The notes: generated by a model not told the origin, from the sequence alone. A DNA stretch of 64,000 bases from Convolutriloba macropyga (GCF_964194025.1 NC_134479.1:23870001-23934000); one strand, 5' to 3'. Shown: positions 50,500 through 64,000, counted from the first letter of the stretch. Translations and numbers: made by a program.

Positions 50500-51300
50500 C
50501 TATCCTCGTGTAAAATTTTCTTTAAATTGGATTGATAATTGAGAAGAAACCTTTTGAACAGCGCAAACAATAACGCCATTACAAAACCGAAATTAAGGGG
50601 AAGAATTTTCGTTCTTCACTCAAGAAGTTGCCTTTCTTGTTGCTATTTAATTGATTCTCCCATAAAAATAACCAATTCAATTTTTTAGGTCAAATTAATA
50701 CATAAAAAAATTGAGGATTATACTGAGGAAGGGTAGCAAGGTCAAACAAAGATTTTCACGAGAAAGTTATGATTTTCCACATTTCTAAATATTTTTGCTG
50801 ACTTGAATTTCGTATTTATTTATGCGAAAATAAATTGGTGATATCTCCACGTTATTTCAAATTTTCCCTTTTGTTAAAATTGGGAGTAAATCCAAAGCCT
50901 AGGAAAAGCTTAAATTTCAGAGATACCAAAAACATCAGGAGCAATCAACAGAAAAAAAACAACGCATTTGTGATCTTTCTCATCACAATGTTGTCTGTTG
51001 TTCTTGTCCCAAGTATCTCATATTTTCCAATTCTGTAAACTTTCAACACAATCAACGTTCAAACTAAATAATTGAGGTGGGTTTGGGGTTGAACGTAGAT
51101 CCTCAAAAATGTATGCAAAGATAACGTTTTATTCCAAAAAAAAACTTTTGAACACATACTTTTTTTACTCAAACGTTTATAGCAATATTCCATAACGCTT
51201 TTGCAGTTGATCCAAATTGTCTCTGTTTTTAATGTAGTTGTGTTTAACATAGACAGTATCACGGTTGTTTGATTGGATATGGCTTCTGAACACAGAAACC
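50500..51300 (-). mobile_element. decayed LINE RT C-terminal fragment (tentative)
   Basis: Minus strand DTVYV, LSKK and NMRYLG occur in the expected order. Confidence 0.35.
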
Positions 51301-52194
51301 CAATAAACTAAAAACAAATATAAAAGGTTTTAAGAATTCATTCAAGGATCCGAGGAGAAAAGAAAATGACTGTTTTTTCTTTTCATATTTTTCAAAGTCT
51401 TGCTGTTCTCAATCTTTTCATTTTTTGTCTTTTCGATTCTTTTCAGTTTTTTAAAGAAATCTTCTTGTTTTTTATTCAAGGAAAAATGTAGAATCAAATA
51501 TCATTAAGGAAAAAAGCCAGTGCTTCAAGCAGTTATAATTAAAAATTTTGGTTAATTAATAATAGACTTTTTAATTTATAATTTTGATATTGATAAATTC
51601 ACCACCACAACTACCACCAATAAAGGGCTTGCCTTTTGCTATTTCTCCTTCAATTTCTTAAACAGTTCCCCCCTTTTCCTATCTGCAAGGAAATTAGTAA
51701 CTTTTGAAAAAAAAACTAAACTAGCCGCTAAGGACTAAAAACTGATCTCTTTCTTCTATGCGTAAACAAAAAGCGAACAATTGACTGAAGAAATAGATAA
51801 AGTCGCCCTCGTATCGATATTCTCCTATTTTTCCTACTTCAAAAATTGAGTTAAAGAGTTTCGATTAGCTAAGACAGAAGTTACATCAATAAAGTTTTTT
51901 TTCATTTAAACCATCTTGAGCTAATTCGTAATAGCCTTATTTAATAGCTAAAAGTTAGTTAAGTTGTGATGTTTTTCATACACAAATTCAAGCAAAAAAT
52001 ACCAGATAAAAACCGATGGATAATTTTTAAGCTATGTTTACAACAGACAATTTTTCAGACAACACTTACGGAATTATTTACAGCATAAATCTTAATGCCT
52101 CGCCATGCCCCAGCATGACCTGGCTCCTTGTATATTCGGTTCGACGAATTTATTTTGTAGTGCTCTTGTTTAAAGAACACCAGGCGATAGTGCT

Positions 52195-52868
52195 TGATTA
52201 TCTTGTAAGATTGTGACTGATTTTTTCATCAAATGGTTGTCTTGTAAATTCTGTAAGAAAAACGGTTATCTTGAAAGATCTGACAAAAAATGATTATCTT
52301 GCAAGGTTCTTGTGAAGATAACACAGTTCGGACTGGTCGAGCTGCGATTTGATTGGCGGATTTTATTCATTTTTCTTGAGCATTGTTTACTGATCAAATA
52401 AACAGAAATTCAAAAGCTCAGCTGTCTTTTTTTTATAAAAAAATAACAAAAATTGTTGATTACATAAAATTGAAACCAATTTCTGCTACCGCGTAAAAAG
52501 TACATATTTCTTATTTCAATTTTTCTGCATAAAACAGCTCTCAAAGTAAAAGCAATTATCAAAGTAAATTTGATACTTCAACTTTTTATCTTCGCATCGT
52601 CAGTCAGCAGTTAACTATTTCAATTACTCTAGCGAAAGAAAACAAGCTACCAGGGACATTTATCTTAGAACAAAAATAAAATTATCTTGGGTGATTCACA
52701 CAGAAAAACAGTTATCTTGGGTTGATTCTCGCAGGAAAAAAATTTAACTTAGAGTCCGGCCTATCAATGTATACCTTGCAAGATTTTGGCAGAAAAAAAT
52801 GGTTATCTTGTAGGATTCGGACAGAATCTGTCAGAAAGTTGCAAGATAGTCACTGAATTTGACTGGGG
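52195..52868. repeat. TTATCTTG-motif non-autonomous element fragments
   Basis: Repeated ttatcttg(c/t)aag motifs, ending gaatttgactggg. Confidence 0.5.
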
Positions 52869-53026
52869 AATGCCATTGCTAGTTTCTTATGAGACAAAAA
52901 AATCCCAAAAATCCTATCTTAAAAATAAAGAAAAACTCAATGTCTCTGCAGAAAAATAAATGTCTCTCGCTGAAAAACATGCAGAAAAATAAATGTCTCT
53001 CGCGCTAAGCAAGAAGTTATTTGGAA

Positions 53027-54559
53027 CCCGGGTCGAGGTTTGGTGGTGAATTTTTGAACGAAATGCGGTGAAATGCGGTGAAAAAAAAATTTTCACCGCG
53101 TATTTCTTATATGTTTTTGCGCTGAATGCGGTGAATCGCGGTGATTTATTTTTTTCACCGGGTTCTCGGTGGCGGTGAATTATTCTTTTTCACCGCTTGA
53201 CGCGATAAATTATTTTTTTATTACCGCATATAGCGGTGAAAAAAAAATTCACCGCTTGAGAAAGCGGTGAAAAAAAATAATTCATCGCATTAATCTGTGA
53301 AAGAAATAATTAACTGCCACCGAGAACGCGGTGAAAATAAATAATTCACCCTGATTCACCGCAATCACCGCAAAAAGATGTAAGAAATACGCGGTGAAAA
53401 TTTTTTTTTCACCGCATTTCACCGCATTTCTTACGAAAATTCATCGTGGCTTCTATCGATTCCCCCTGCTGAACTTTTCTTACCTGAATCAGCGCTTCAG
53501 CTGATTTTTTTGTCAAACCAGGCATCATCAGACAGCTCACTGCAGACAATATCAATCAGCAACAATGTTTTTTCACCGTTGAGCAATTTTTACTCATTTT
53601 TTCAATTATTCGAGAGTTTCAAACAAAACCGCTAGTTTTGGTTAATTTCCCATTTCAGCCTCTACGCTACAACATTAGCGCTGTTTTCTTCTTTTCAAAC
53701 ACCGAAAGAATCAATCAATCAATTATCAAATCGAACAAAATTCAAAGTCGGCAATGTACATAAGTGCAATTCGTTCGTAAAAAAAAACTTCAAAATGAGA
53801 AAATCAAAAAGAGACAACGTAAAGCTAAAAAGCAACTTTTGTCTGCTTTCAACACTTTCCAGTTTCACTTGCATCCAACTGATTTTTTTAAAAAATTGCT
53901 GGTATAATTTGAAAGTAGGTTACAGCAAGAGTTCAGAGATCTAGGTTGGGGGGTCGATTTTTTGCTCCATCATATCGAAAAATGGTTTAAAAATATATTT
54001 TTTAGATATTTTCACTACTTTTGTCTGTTTTCAACACTTTCCAGTTTCACTTGCATCCAACTGATTTTTTTGAAAAATTGCAAAAATAATTTGAACATAG
54101 ATTACGAGTAAGAGTTCAAAAACTTCGGTTGGGGGTTGATATTTTGCTCCATCATATAGGAAAAATGGTTTGAAAATAAAATTTTTTGATATTCTCACTA
54201 CTTTTGTCTGCTTTCAACACTTTCCAGTTTCATCTGCATCCAACTGATTTTTTTGAAAACAAGATGGATACTTCAGCCCACAAAAAAATCTCACATAATT
54301 TAACGCTTTTTAGCGTTGACACCTAGGCCTGGGGTCGAATAGCGGTGAACTATTTTTTTCTCCGCATTCACCGCATTCACTGCATGTTTTACATTAATTT
54401 GCCATAATAGTCTATATGGTGAATTTTTGAATTTTTATAAGAAATGCGGTGAATTTGTTGGTGAATTTTTGTAAGAAATGCGGTGAAAAGCAGCACATTT
54501 TTTTCACCGCATTCACCGCATTTCTTACGAAAATTCACCAAAAAAAACCTCGACCCTGG
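53027..54559. mobile_element. GCGGTGAA-family MITE/foldback cluster bounded by CC(C/A)GGGTCGAGG TIRs
   Basis: Left end cccgggtcgagg...ggtgaatttt matches the reverse complement of aaaattcacc...cctcgaccctgg at 54530-54559. 53045-53447 is itself palindromic. More family fragments lie at 55260-55800. Confidence 0.75.
53835..54258. repeat. ~183 bp tandem repeat x2.3
   Basis: acttttgtctg.tttcaacactttccagtttca at 53835, 54017 and 54200. Confidence 0.9.
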
Positions 54560-57025
54560 AAAGTAGCTTAAGAAGAGTAATGTTCAGACTCATCAGTCAC
54601 TGCAGGCTCAATAGTACTGCGGTCATTCTTTTGCGGTTATTTTTAGGCGGGTGTGCTGGTGGCGAGCAAAACGGACGAACACAGTATTTGGTTCAAAAAA
54701 CACAAGATTAGAACTTGCAAAGGTTAAATCGAGTTAATGTTCTTTTTCCACCATTAAATTTCACTTTAGTACAGGTTCCCATACAATAGATTTCAATAGA
54801 TTCTAGCCGGCCCATAGCTGGGAGGGGTTTGTAAACGTAATCTGCTTCGTTTTTAGTTTAACAAAGTTCTCTTTAGTTTAAGGAGGAACCCAATTTCTTA
54901 GCTTCTATTCAGTCATTTTTGAATGTATTAACGTTGAGCTCAAGCACCAGTTTCCTAATTTCAGTTCAGATAACGGAACGCCGCCAAACTAGTTAGAAAA
55001 AATTAGATTTCTCTGATAAGTCTGACTTTTGTTTGCTTGTTTATTTTAGGCAAACCAAGAATTTAGGCACCTTTATTGTTCGCAACTGTGTTACCAAGCA
55101 GGCAACAAATATTTATTTTATCATTCAACATCTTCTAAGTGCTAAATTGGTAGCAATTCCAATCTGCATGAATATTTATCTTTTAGACGCTTTTCAGTTC
55201 ATAGAACATATTCATAGAAATTTTCCTCTTTCTAATCCTCTAACCCTGGGCAAAAAATTGCTAACAAATGCAAGAAATGCGCTGAATGCAGTGAAATGCG
55301 CTGAATGGCTGTAGGAATTGCCTCTTAGCGCTGATTGTGGTGATAGCGGTAAAAATGAAAAACTTTTACAATCTTACAATTCACCGGCATAATTACTATA
55401 AAATTCACCGCTAAAAATTGCTAATCTTAACAAAAAATTACCACCAATAACCAAATTTCAGCGCTTATATTTTCCGCAATGTGGAGTGAATCTGAATTAA
55501 ATTCGAAAAATATCAATAACCAACACGTGACTGGCGGAAGAAAAAACTGGTACACATGAAGGAAGTGAGAGGTTGGAACCCTTGTGACACTGTTTCTTTT
55601 TTGTAAGCACTCCGGTGATTGCGGTAAAAATCGACATTTAAACCTTTACACAGCGAATACTGCAAAAATTCACAACGAAAACCACAAATCATTCAAAATT
55701 TCATCATTTTAACCGCATTCGTCGCTAAAAGATGAGGAAGCTTTGCGCTTAAAATTTTTTTCACCGCTATTCACCACAATCCTTACATTATTTTTTCACA
55801 AAAATCGCAATCCGGGGCACCGTATTGGGACCGTACAAGGACTTTGGGGACTCTTAAAAATAAATTTTAACTCTAATTTCAACATTGATCTTATTACGGC
55901 GAATTTGATACAAAACACCACATATAATATAACTATGTACAATGTCAGAGGTAGATTTCAGCACCAAAAAAATGCGTTGCGTACAGCAAATTAGAGTTTG
56001 AGTTTGTAACACTTTTGCTGCAACTGTTATAGGGATTTTACAATAAGATTTGCATTATTTTATTTGCAGTATCTTTGAGTAAGACAGTGCAAACTTCTGT
56101 TTGAATTTCTGACCTACAATTTGAGCTAAAATTTTCTTTGGATAATAAAATAATTTCAGATCCTATGAGAAACTAGCAGATCATATATGTCATGTTAACA
56201 TCTTATGCAACCATAGGGGATTAAATGAAAGCAGAATATTTATCTGTCAGATAAACAAGATAAACAAGTAAGCTTTTTATGACATCCGATTCGTGACATG
56301 CTAAGTCTTAATAAATACCTTTTGCATAAATTTGCGATATATGCTTCCATAAAGTTTCATCAAAGGCAAAGACGACAAAGAAAACTTAACGGGAGCGATA
56401 CGTTTTATTTTAATATAAAAATTTATTAAAAGTTTATGTTATTCAGAATGGTGCATAGCACTTCAAACTGGCTATCTCACCGCGTGTGCTAAAAAGGAAC
56501 ATTTAACAGGTCTCAAAATTGACCTTTTTAAACCAACAATTAATTTGAAAAATATCGATAGTTTTGTCGCTCGTCATCTTCAAGATATTAATTTATATTT
56601 TTCAGTTGGCAAGCATATTTTTGTAAGCAGCTTCTAAAATTAAGTATGCATATGAAGACCCTTGGAAAGTGTTGTGATCTACACAATCAACTCAATATCA
56701 CAATCGACGGATTCTCACGGTTTTGAGAACAAGAACTAAAGAGCCTCTGTCTTTTCTGGTAAAACAACGGAAAAAACCTCAAATAACGCCAACCATTTTT
56801 ATCCATATTTTTGTAGAACTACTAGGCATAGTGGCAACAAAGAAACAGTTATGCTCTTTCACAATTCCCTATTTTATCGGTGGAGATCTATTACCTTTGA
56901 TACCTTTCCAATTCCTTTACATTTGATACGCTTGTTTTATGTCAAACTGTTATATGCAAAAAATGTTTCTAAATGTCTTATTTAAACTCTAAACCATTTA
57001 ACACCATTTAGTAATGTTGTATATG

Positions 57026-57029
<4 letters not shown>

Positions 57030-57063
<34 letters not shown>
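57030..57063. repeat. (TA)n microsatellite
   Basis: Pure TA run. Confidence 0.95.
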
Positions 57064-57066
<3 letters not shown>

Positions 57067-57479
57067 ATTTGATAAAATGGGGACATCAATGTTTCAGACT
57101 AACAAAGACGTATCCATGTCACGTTTTTGGACTAAAATTGGGATAGAAAACGTCAAAATTTCCTTTACGCAGTTTGCTCGTGTAAAATATTAAGTCAAGT
57201 ACCTTCAAATTAATTTATACGACAATTTGCTCAATATTTTACGTGTCATATATTACCTTAAATAATTCCTAAAAATTTTCAAAACTTCGATTAAAAATGC
57301 ATATTATATAATTTTGAAGCACTCAATGAACTTTGTATAATTTTATTTTTGCAACAAGTAAATTAAAATTATAACAATACGGTTAAATATACTTGAAACA
57401 AAAACACTTCAAATCGTTCAAACAAAATAAAGTAGTGTAAGTAAAAAACATCAACAAATTTCATCAAGAATCACATCAT

Positions 57480-58300
57480 AAAATTTTTTCCGATTATTTT
57501 TGTCCTAAAAATAAAAATAACTTTTATAAGCTCCTACGTTACCATTCAAAGGATTTTTTTCATGTTGTGAGAGCAAGAAATCATTCAACGTTTTCTGTAA
57601 AACGTTTCCAATTTTTGCCAACCAAAGACACTGTGGTAACTTATTCCATTTTTGTACGCATTGACGAACAATCAATTTCATTCCAAAGCTCGCTTTGGCA
57701 TTATGTCTAATTTTGAATTGTTTTGTTCGAGTATTTTGACGAAGACTTAGATACCCGTGCAATTTTTCAGAATTTTCTGGTCTGGCTATATCATAATGAA
57801 ATTTGATGAGCGAAATTTTTGCTATTATTAGCTCAGCTGTTAGGTTCTTTGTCTGGATTAGCAGATCTCTCGCTTTGTCATATTTTTTGCGTAGAAAGCA
57901 CACCTTTATACCCCAGTTAATCTGTCGGTTAAGGTGTTTTAGGTTTCTTGCAGATAAATTTTGAAAAAAAGATCGCCGAAAAAGATAGGTGTGAAAGCAC
58001 AACTGATTTTAGAAGAAGAATGCGCGCGTTCAGGTAAATTGATCTTATTAGGTAAATTGATCTTATAGCGTGAGCCATCTTTTTTAGGGTTTTATTCAGC
58101 TGCTCATCGAAACTAAGATTCCTGTCAATTTGAATACCAAGATATCTGCAACTTTTTTCTGTTGTGAGAACTTCGTTTTTGTAAAAAATAGATCCGAAAA
58201 CAGAATTATCCCGCGAGAAAAAAATTAATTCAGTCTTCTTTGTATTCAAAGTTAGTCTAATCATCTCTACATATTCTTCTGTTTTTTGTATGATCACTGC
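57480..58300 (-). mobile_element. LINE ORF2 C-terminal region (CR1/L2-like), relatively young
   Basis: ORFs 57929-58330 and 57505-58002 read RLTLNTKKTELIFF, CRYLGIQIDRNLSF, NRQINWGIKVCF, VQKWNKLP. One frameshift; 18 bp duplication at 58031-58067. Confidence 0.9.
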
Positions 58301-58369
58301 ATGATCACCGCATAATTCCTGCATGATCACCGCATAATTCCTGCATGATCACTGGGAAAGCGTAAATAA

Positions 58370-58470
58370 ATCTTGTTTGTAAGTATGCAAGTATGTTTGT
58401 ATGTAAGCATGTATGTATGTAAGTATGCTTTTGTGTATTTATGTATTTATTATGCAAGCATGAGTGTGTA
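58370..58470. repeat. degenerate (ATGT)n / ACAT tract
   Basis: gtatgtatgtaagtatgc... Confidence 0.7.
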
Positions 58471-59594
58471 AAAGTTCGTTTTCAGCACAGTATATTTTTT
58501 AGATTGTATGTTTGTGCCTGATATGCGTTTGGTTAAGGTTTTGCATATGTGGTGTCTGTATGTACCTGTCATTTTGTTGGATTGTGGGAATGCGATTGGG
58601 TTAGTGTGATACGAGAGTCGTCAAAAGTTATTTTTTAGGCGACAGCGGTGGTCCCATTGTTCTAAGGAGAAAAGTCGACAAAGAAATTCTCTGTGTAATT
58701 GGATTTCCTGTTCTTGGCTTTTATAGTGGAAAAGAACACAGGTCAATGTGCGAAGAAGGAAACGAAACCGCGGAACACGATTCAATAGCCGTTTTGGTTC
58801 CAGCTTACTCGGATTTCATTTGCAAGTCTGTCGCAAATCACGATAAACCAAATTAATCGCGCCAGATTAATGTACCATCAGCTTGATACAATTGTGCACT
58901 GATTCTACAACTATTACACTTGCATAAACATTAGGCAGTGCAATGAAAATAAAAACCTGTTGCTCTAAAAAACAAATTTCTCGAACGTGATCTTGATATA
59001 ACTTATTGTAAATTTAACCTTGAATGCTTTCATTATTTAATTATTGAATGCATTATTATTTAGTTATTATTTTTGAAAGATGTATTGGTTAATAACAGAA
59101 CCTGAGTTTCATATAATGGGGAGTTTTAATATGTACCAATATCAAGATAGAATGGCTCCAAACTAAAAATCAAAACACGCCTCAGTTGTAGCACGAATTT
59201 CGAGCTCGAAAAAAAATCCCAAGTTACTCAGAACAGTCAATTCCAGTCCGAGAGATAAAACAATTATCACCAAAAGGAGAGGATACAATAATAACAATAA
59301 GTCTAAGAATAATAATCAGTCTCAAGTTATTTTCGAAACTGGATTTTGGCAGTTTCTGAAAAAAAACAGATTATGAAACTGGCGAAACTTTCCAAAAAAC
59401 ACCTGATAATACAATTTAAACAATGCAATTCCATATAGATTAAAGCATGCATTAAGAAAAGTTTTTTCGTGTACCCTAACTGAGAAATCATCAGTTTCTA
59501 AACATAAGATATTGTCGGTATCGTCGCATTTTGTCTAGCCAAAAGCGTCATTAGCCCATATAACTTCTACGTCAGCATAGTCGTTTTTGTTTAG

Positions 59595-59965
59595 TTACAG
59601 AGATTCGCTATTACCATTTTTTGAACGTGTGACAGATTCGTTATTGTCGTCTTTGAACCTAAAAGAGATTCGCTATTGCTGCTTTTGAGCGTAAGAGAGA
59701 TTCGCTATTGTTATTTTTAAACGTGAAAGAGATTTGCTTTTGTCGTTTTTGCGCGCAATTAGATCGTCGAAAATGTTTTTTAACCTAAGAAGTCATCAGA
59801 ATTGTCGATTTTCAACATAGAAAATTGTTTTCATTTCAACTTTGGGATACAACAAGCACACCCACAATATCTTGCGTCTAAAAATGAACACAATGCCAAA
59901 AATCCCGAATCGTCTCAAACTGAAAATAACGAATCTTTCTTGCGTCCAAAAATGACGATAACAAA
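59595..59965. repeat. ~33 bp minisatellite (gagattcgctattg..tttttgaacg) with inverted copies downstream
   Basis: About 5-6 direct units at 59598-59790 and degenerate reverse units at 59870-59960. Confidence 0.75.
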
Positions 59966-60344
59966 CTGGAGATAACGAAGATACCGACGCTCTGTTTCAT
60001 TTAAACCAAAGATATCGACCTTATTACGATATATATAAAATTTACAAGTTTATATGAGTAAAAATATGGAGTTGATCCTGTTTAACCATCTTCTGAAATT
60101 GGTTTGAGATTATTTTTTTCCGTATTTAAGTTTAAGATAATTCAAAAAAATTTTGTTTTAGAAAACGATAGTTTGCTTTTATTAGATAAGTTAATCTGTT
60201 CTGCATTTCATTCCAAAATATACGATCTGTTGATATTTGAATTTTTCTCATAAAGTACAGTTTGTTTCCAAAACTAACTGTTCGACATATCGATGAATTG
60301 TAAAGACTCTGAAAAAAATCGAGCACTCATAGTTAAGTGTTAGA

Positions 60345-62500
60345 GTATTAAGGATCGGTACAACATTAATCGTGCTTCAAGTGTCAATTGACGACGTATG
60401 ATCTATATTGACCATAGCCCTATTTTCGAGCAAATATCAATAATTTGATTTTCAAAATTAAATTTTCCAGCTAATGCAACTCCTAGATATCGGCAGTGGT
60501 CTTTCGCTTTCAATTGTTCTCCTTAAAACAAACTTGCCTTAATCCTCTTTTTCTAGAAAAGAAATGATTTTGTCAGTTTTTGTTGTCAGCTTGTCTTGCT
60601 TGAGTTAAAAGTCTTTTCCCAAAAATTTTAACACATATTTTCTTCAGTTTGATAGTGACCTTGTTTTGATATCAAAATTTGTACCATCCGTAAACAGAAC
60701 ATTTTTCAAAAAATTCTCTTGTCTCTTCCTTAAAGACATTAATAAAGAGAAGGAGAAATGAGAAACCCCCAAAACTCTCTTTGACGAACACCTTGTTCAT
60801 TGGTGTCAATTTTAGTAAAACGCATGTTAGTTTTAGACAATGCCTTCCCTTCCGTCCGCAGGAACCAACTCAAACTTTTCAGCTTAATCGACCAGTCCTT
60901 TTGCAATTGTTTCCTAAAGAAAATTTGTTGAAGTGGAACACTCCGCTTAGATCAATAAAAACTACACCTGATTTTTTAGTTTTAATTTTGACTTCAAATG
61001 TAACCAAAGCGCAGGCGGATGACTTTTGCCTTTGAAATCCCAATAAGATATCATTGAGGAATGTTTTTTTCCATGTTTTTCATTCATTTGATTCAATAGA
61101 AAGTGTTGAAAGGGTTCTGCGATTTTTGTAGTAACTAAGATCGGCTTTTATTTTTGCATATTTTAACGTCCCCTTTTTTGTGACAGAAATGTAAAAAGCG
61201 AAATTTCAACTCTTCCGGGAAAATGATTTCTAAAATGCAAGTGTTGATTACGAACTAAATTTTGCTGAATTCAAGTGTTGATTACAAATGATTTCTTACT
61301 AAACATTTATAAGCCTTGATAGCTCAAGCTTTGAAAGCTCCTCAACCAGGAGCCGTATTGTTTTCAACTGATTTAATGGCCTCGTACAATTTTTTTAGCG
61401 TAATTGTTCTGAAGTTCATAATCATTGAGAATCCAGAATCATTGCCTCGCTATGAAAAATCTTTCATTCTGGTTTTGGAATTTTTCGCTGCGCATTTGTC
61501 TGTTTCAATCTTTCAGCAATATTTTGATTTAAATTGTGGCACATTTAAACTCTCAATCAATTGCCCGTATTTCTCTTTCAGCGTAATTGTTCTGAAAATC
61601 ATAATCGTTGAGAATCCCGAATCTTTGCCTCTTTGAAAAACCTTTGTTTCTAATTTAGGAATTTTTCTATGCCATTTGTGCGTTTCAATCTTTCAGCTAA
61701 CTTTTGATCTAAATGGTAGCACATTTAAACTTTTATCAATCAGCTCATTCAATTGCCCGTATTTCAAAATAGAGAAAACTGGCGGCCACATTTGAATGCC
61801 GTATTTTCCACAAACTTATGTTGATTCTTGACAGCTAGTTTTACGTTGCTTCTAAATATTTTTGTCAATTCCTATTTTAACAAAATGGATTACAGATTTT
61901 AAACTTTTTTGTCCCAAAAACAACGATGCCTAAGGAAAGCAGTTGAACGAAAGCATCACTCAATTTGGAACAGGCGTGTTTCGGACCTCAAATTTCTAGC
62001 CCATGTTTTCACATGTTAAAACTTACACTATGCTCGAACTTCATCTTCAAAATCAGGGATTTCTTGTCAAACCTGGTAGATGAGTTAAACAATTCTCTAA
62101 CGCCATATTTTATTTTTTAGCTTCATCTATCTTTAATATTTTATATCCCTAATTCGCAAAATTAAATTACTATTTACAAAAAATCTCTGTTGTAATTTTT
62201 ATTCCGTTATTTCACTGATTTTATAAAACAGCTAACAAAGAAATTCTTAGGTTAGCAATTTTGATAACTTTACTTCTGCAAAAATGAGCGAAAGCAATTG
62301 AGGTTGAAATTAGGAAAACCAGGCGTGTTTTTAGGGAATTGTTTTGCGCTTCAATGTCCCATTGCATTTCACATTTTTTGTCTTTTTTTAATTGTCCTTC
62401 ATTTATCACATTTGCCAAATTTGATTTCCCATTATATTTTTCATTTTTTGTGATCCTTTTATTTCTTTTAACATCTGAAAACTTTCATCTGAGCGCCACT
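60345..62500 (-). mobile_element. decayed LINE ORF2 (CR1/L2-like)
   Basis: Minus strand NTAPG, FPEELK, KKGD, LGFQRQKSSACAL, VVFIDLSGVF, QGVRQ, LLFIN, VLFTDGT and RYLGV, in canonical RT order. Confidence 0.8.
61380..61760. repeat. ~183 bp tandem duplication inside the LINE
   Basis: agcgtaattgttctgaa..tcataatc.ttgagaatcc.gaatc at 61397 and 61580. Confidence 0.9.
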
Positions 62501-62739
62501 GCCACTAATTTTGATGCGGTTGCTGGGCTGTGAAAACATAAGATAAGAACAAGTTGTTTTTCCACAATACACGTTTTCACGCTGATTTAATTCCCTTTTT
62601 ACTTGTATGTCGTATCAAATAGAAAAATCGATCTGAAAATTTTATGATGTTAGACTCATGTAATTGGAAGGATTTTAGGATTGCGTTGGGCTAAGATTTT
62701 ATTAGTTAACCAGGTTGAGGTTCATACCAAAAATGGCCT

Positions 62740-63470
62740 CTGTTCAGACCAGCCAGAAAAAAGTGACCACTGATCAGACTGAACCAAACTAGACGGACTT
62801 TTTATCAAATTGTTGTGCACTTGAAAGTCTGTATGCGCACGATATGCACACGGAAGCCTCCTCTGATCAGACTGTCGTGCGCTCGAACGTCACTCCCGGT
62901 CAGACTCAAACGCGCTCCAAGATTCCTCTGATTAGAAAATGCTTTTAAACGGGAACGAATCTTTTTATTTCGGCACAATATTTTGATTTCACAAAAACTT
63001 CATATTTCAGTATTATTCTCAACTACGAAAACGCAAGTTCAAGAAGTAAAGAAAATTTAAGTGTTGAAAAATTCTTTTGTTTTGAATGTTTTTGAATCAA
63101 TGGATGAACTTAGACAGCTGTCCATTAAAAAAGTCCTGATCTACAGATATTCCAAAACGACTTGTAAAGGTACCAGTAATTGCTTCCAGATTATTCTTTG
63201 TGGGAATCAAGATGAGTCTCTAATCAGAACATTGCTGTTTTGTTTTCCCTAGGCAGAACCAACATTTCTGAGTAAAAAAACACAAAAAAGATCTGATAAG
63301 ACTCAATTACTCTCAAAATATTTTCTGATCGTACTAGTGTGCTCTCGAAACGACAGCTGATCAGACAAATTTTAGAACAATGTCCAGATTGGTGTGCGCC
63401 GACAACTTTTCCAGACTATGTACTTCGAGCGCTCCATGCGCTTCTTGGCAGCTCGATCAGGAGACTATTA
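62740..63470. mobile_element. CTGATCAG-family repeat element
   Basis: Repeated ctgatcaga / gcgctcga motifs. 63325-63460 is homologous to the 17329-17510 insert. Confidence 0.6.
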
Positions 63471-64000
63471 GCAACTGTCGGAAATCAAAGTGTATCTGTT
63501 GACTGCAACAATTAATTAAATCCAAAAGATAGAAAAGGCTTCTCCTTTATTATAATAAGGCCTACCGTGGATCGCTAGCAATATTTAGATTATGTAGAGA
63601 GCCAAGATTGGCGCAACTAAAATTTGTGACTTCAAATAATCAGGACTTGAGTCTCAGAGCATTTGAGCGCTGAACAAGCATGTATCTATAGCAAAACGCA
63701 CATTCAGTTCTGAAACAGTGCATATTAATTATTCTTGCTCCGAAATGGAGACTGAGCAGCAAAATGTCTATTGAAGTTTATAACTGGTAATTACTATACT
63801 AGCAGACAATCTCTTTATACGTAAGCTATCTTCTGTGTCATTGCCAAAGTTCCCACGCAGCTTAGTGGTTACGTTCTACTGCTCAAAATTGAATGTTGCA
63901 AGTACACATGCAGAAGATCGAATCACATATAAAGCGATCTAAATTGCATATTGCGGATGGAAGTTATGCTGAACGTATTGTCTTTCTGGCTGTAATTTTT

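Noticed and set aside
55540-55600. tRNA or tRNA-SINE (B-box-like gggttccaacc on the minus strand; A-box-like sequence at ~63857)
   Set aside because: No cloverleaf and no correctly spaced A and B boxes.

Overview
AT-rich eukaryotic (probably invertebrate animal) draft-assembly DNA with three N gaps. I find no intact protein-coding gene, and almost all ORFs in the supplied track are chance ORFs or transposon debris. The window is a dense transposon graveyard: (i) many decayed non-LTR retrotransposons with APE endonuclease and RT motifs (CR1/L2/Jockey-like), including a near full-length one at ~23.1-26.1 kb; (ii) a Ty1/Copia gag fragment; (iii) several MITE/foldback families and local tandem duplications; (iv) a frameshifted C-type lectin (QPD) gene remnant next to a MITE near 0.6-1.8 kb. 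The least explained structures are a decayed gene of unknown family built from ~180-codon tandem domains (12.5-15.9 kb), with a head-to-head paralogue followed by a terminator-like hairpin (10.07-11.2 kb), and a ~6 kb foldback formed by two ~2 kb inverted arms with G/C-tract-rich inner ends (16.6-22.7 kb). All family assignments come from motifs read by eye; no database search was run, and boundaries are approximate.
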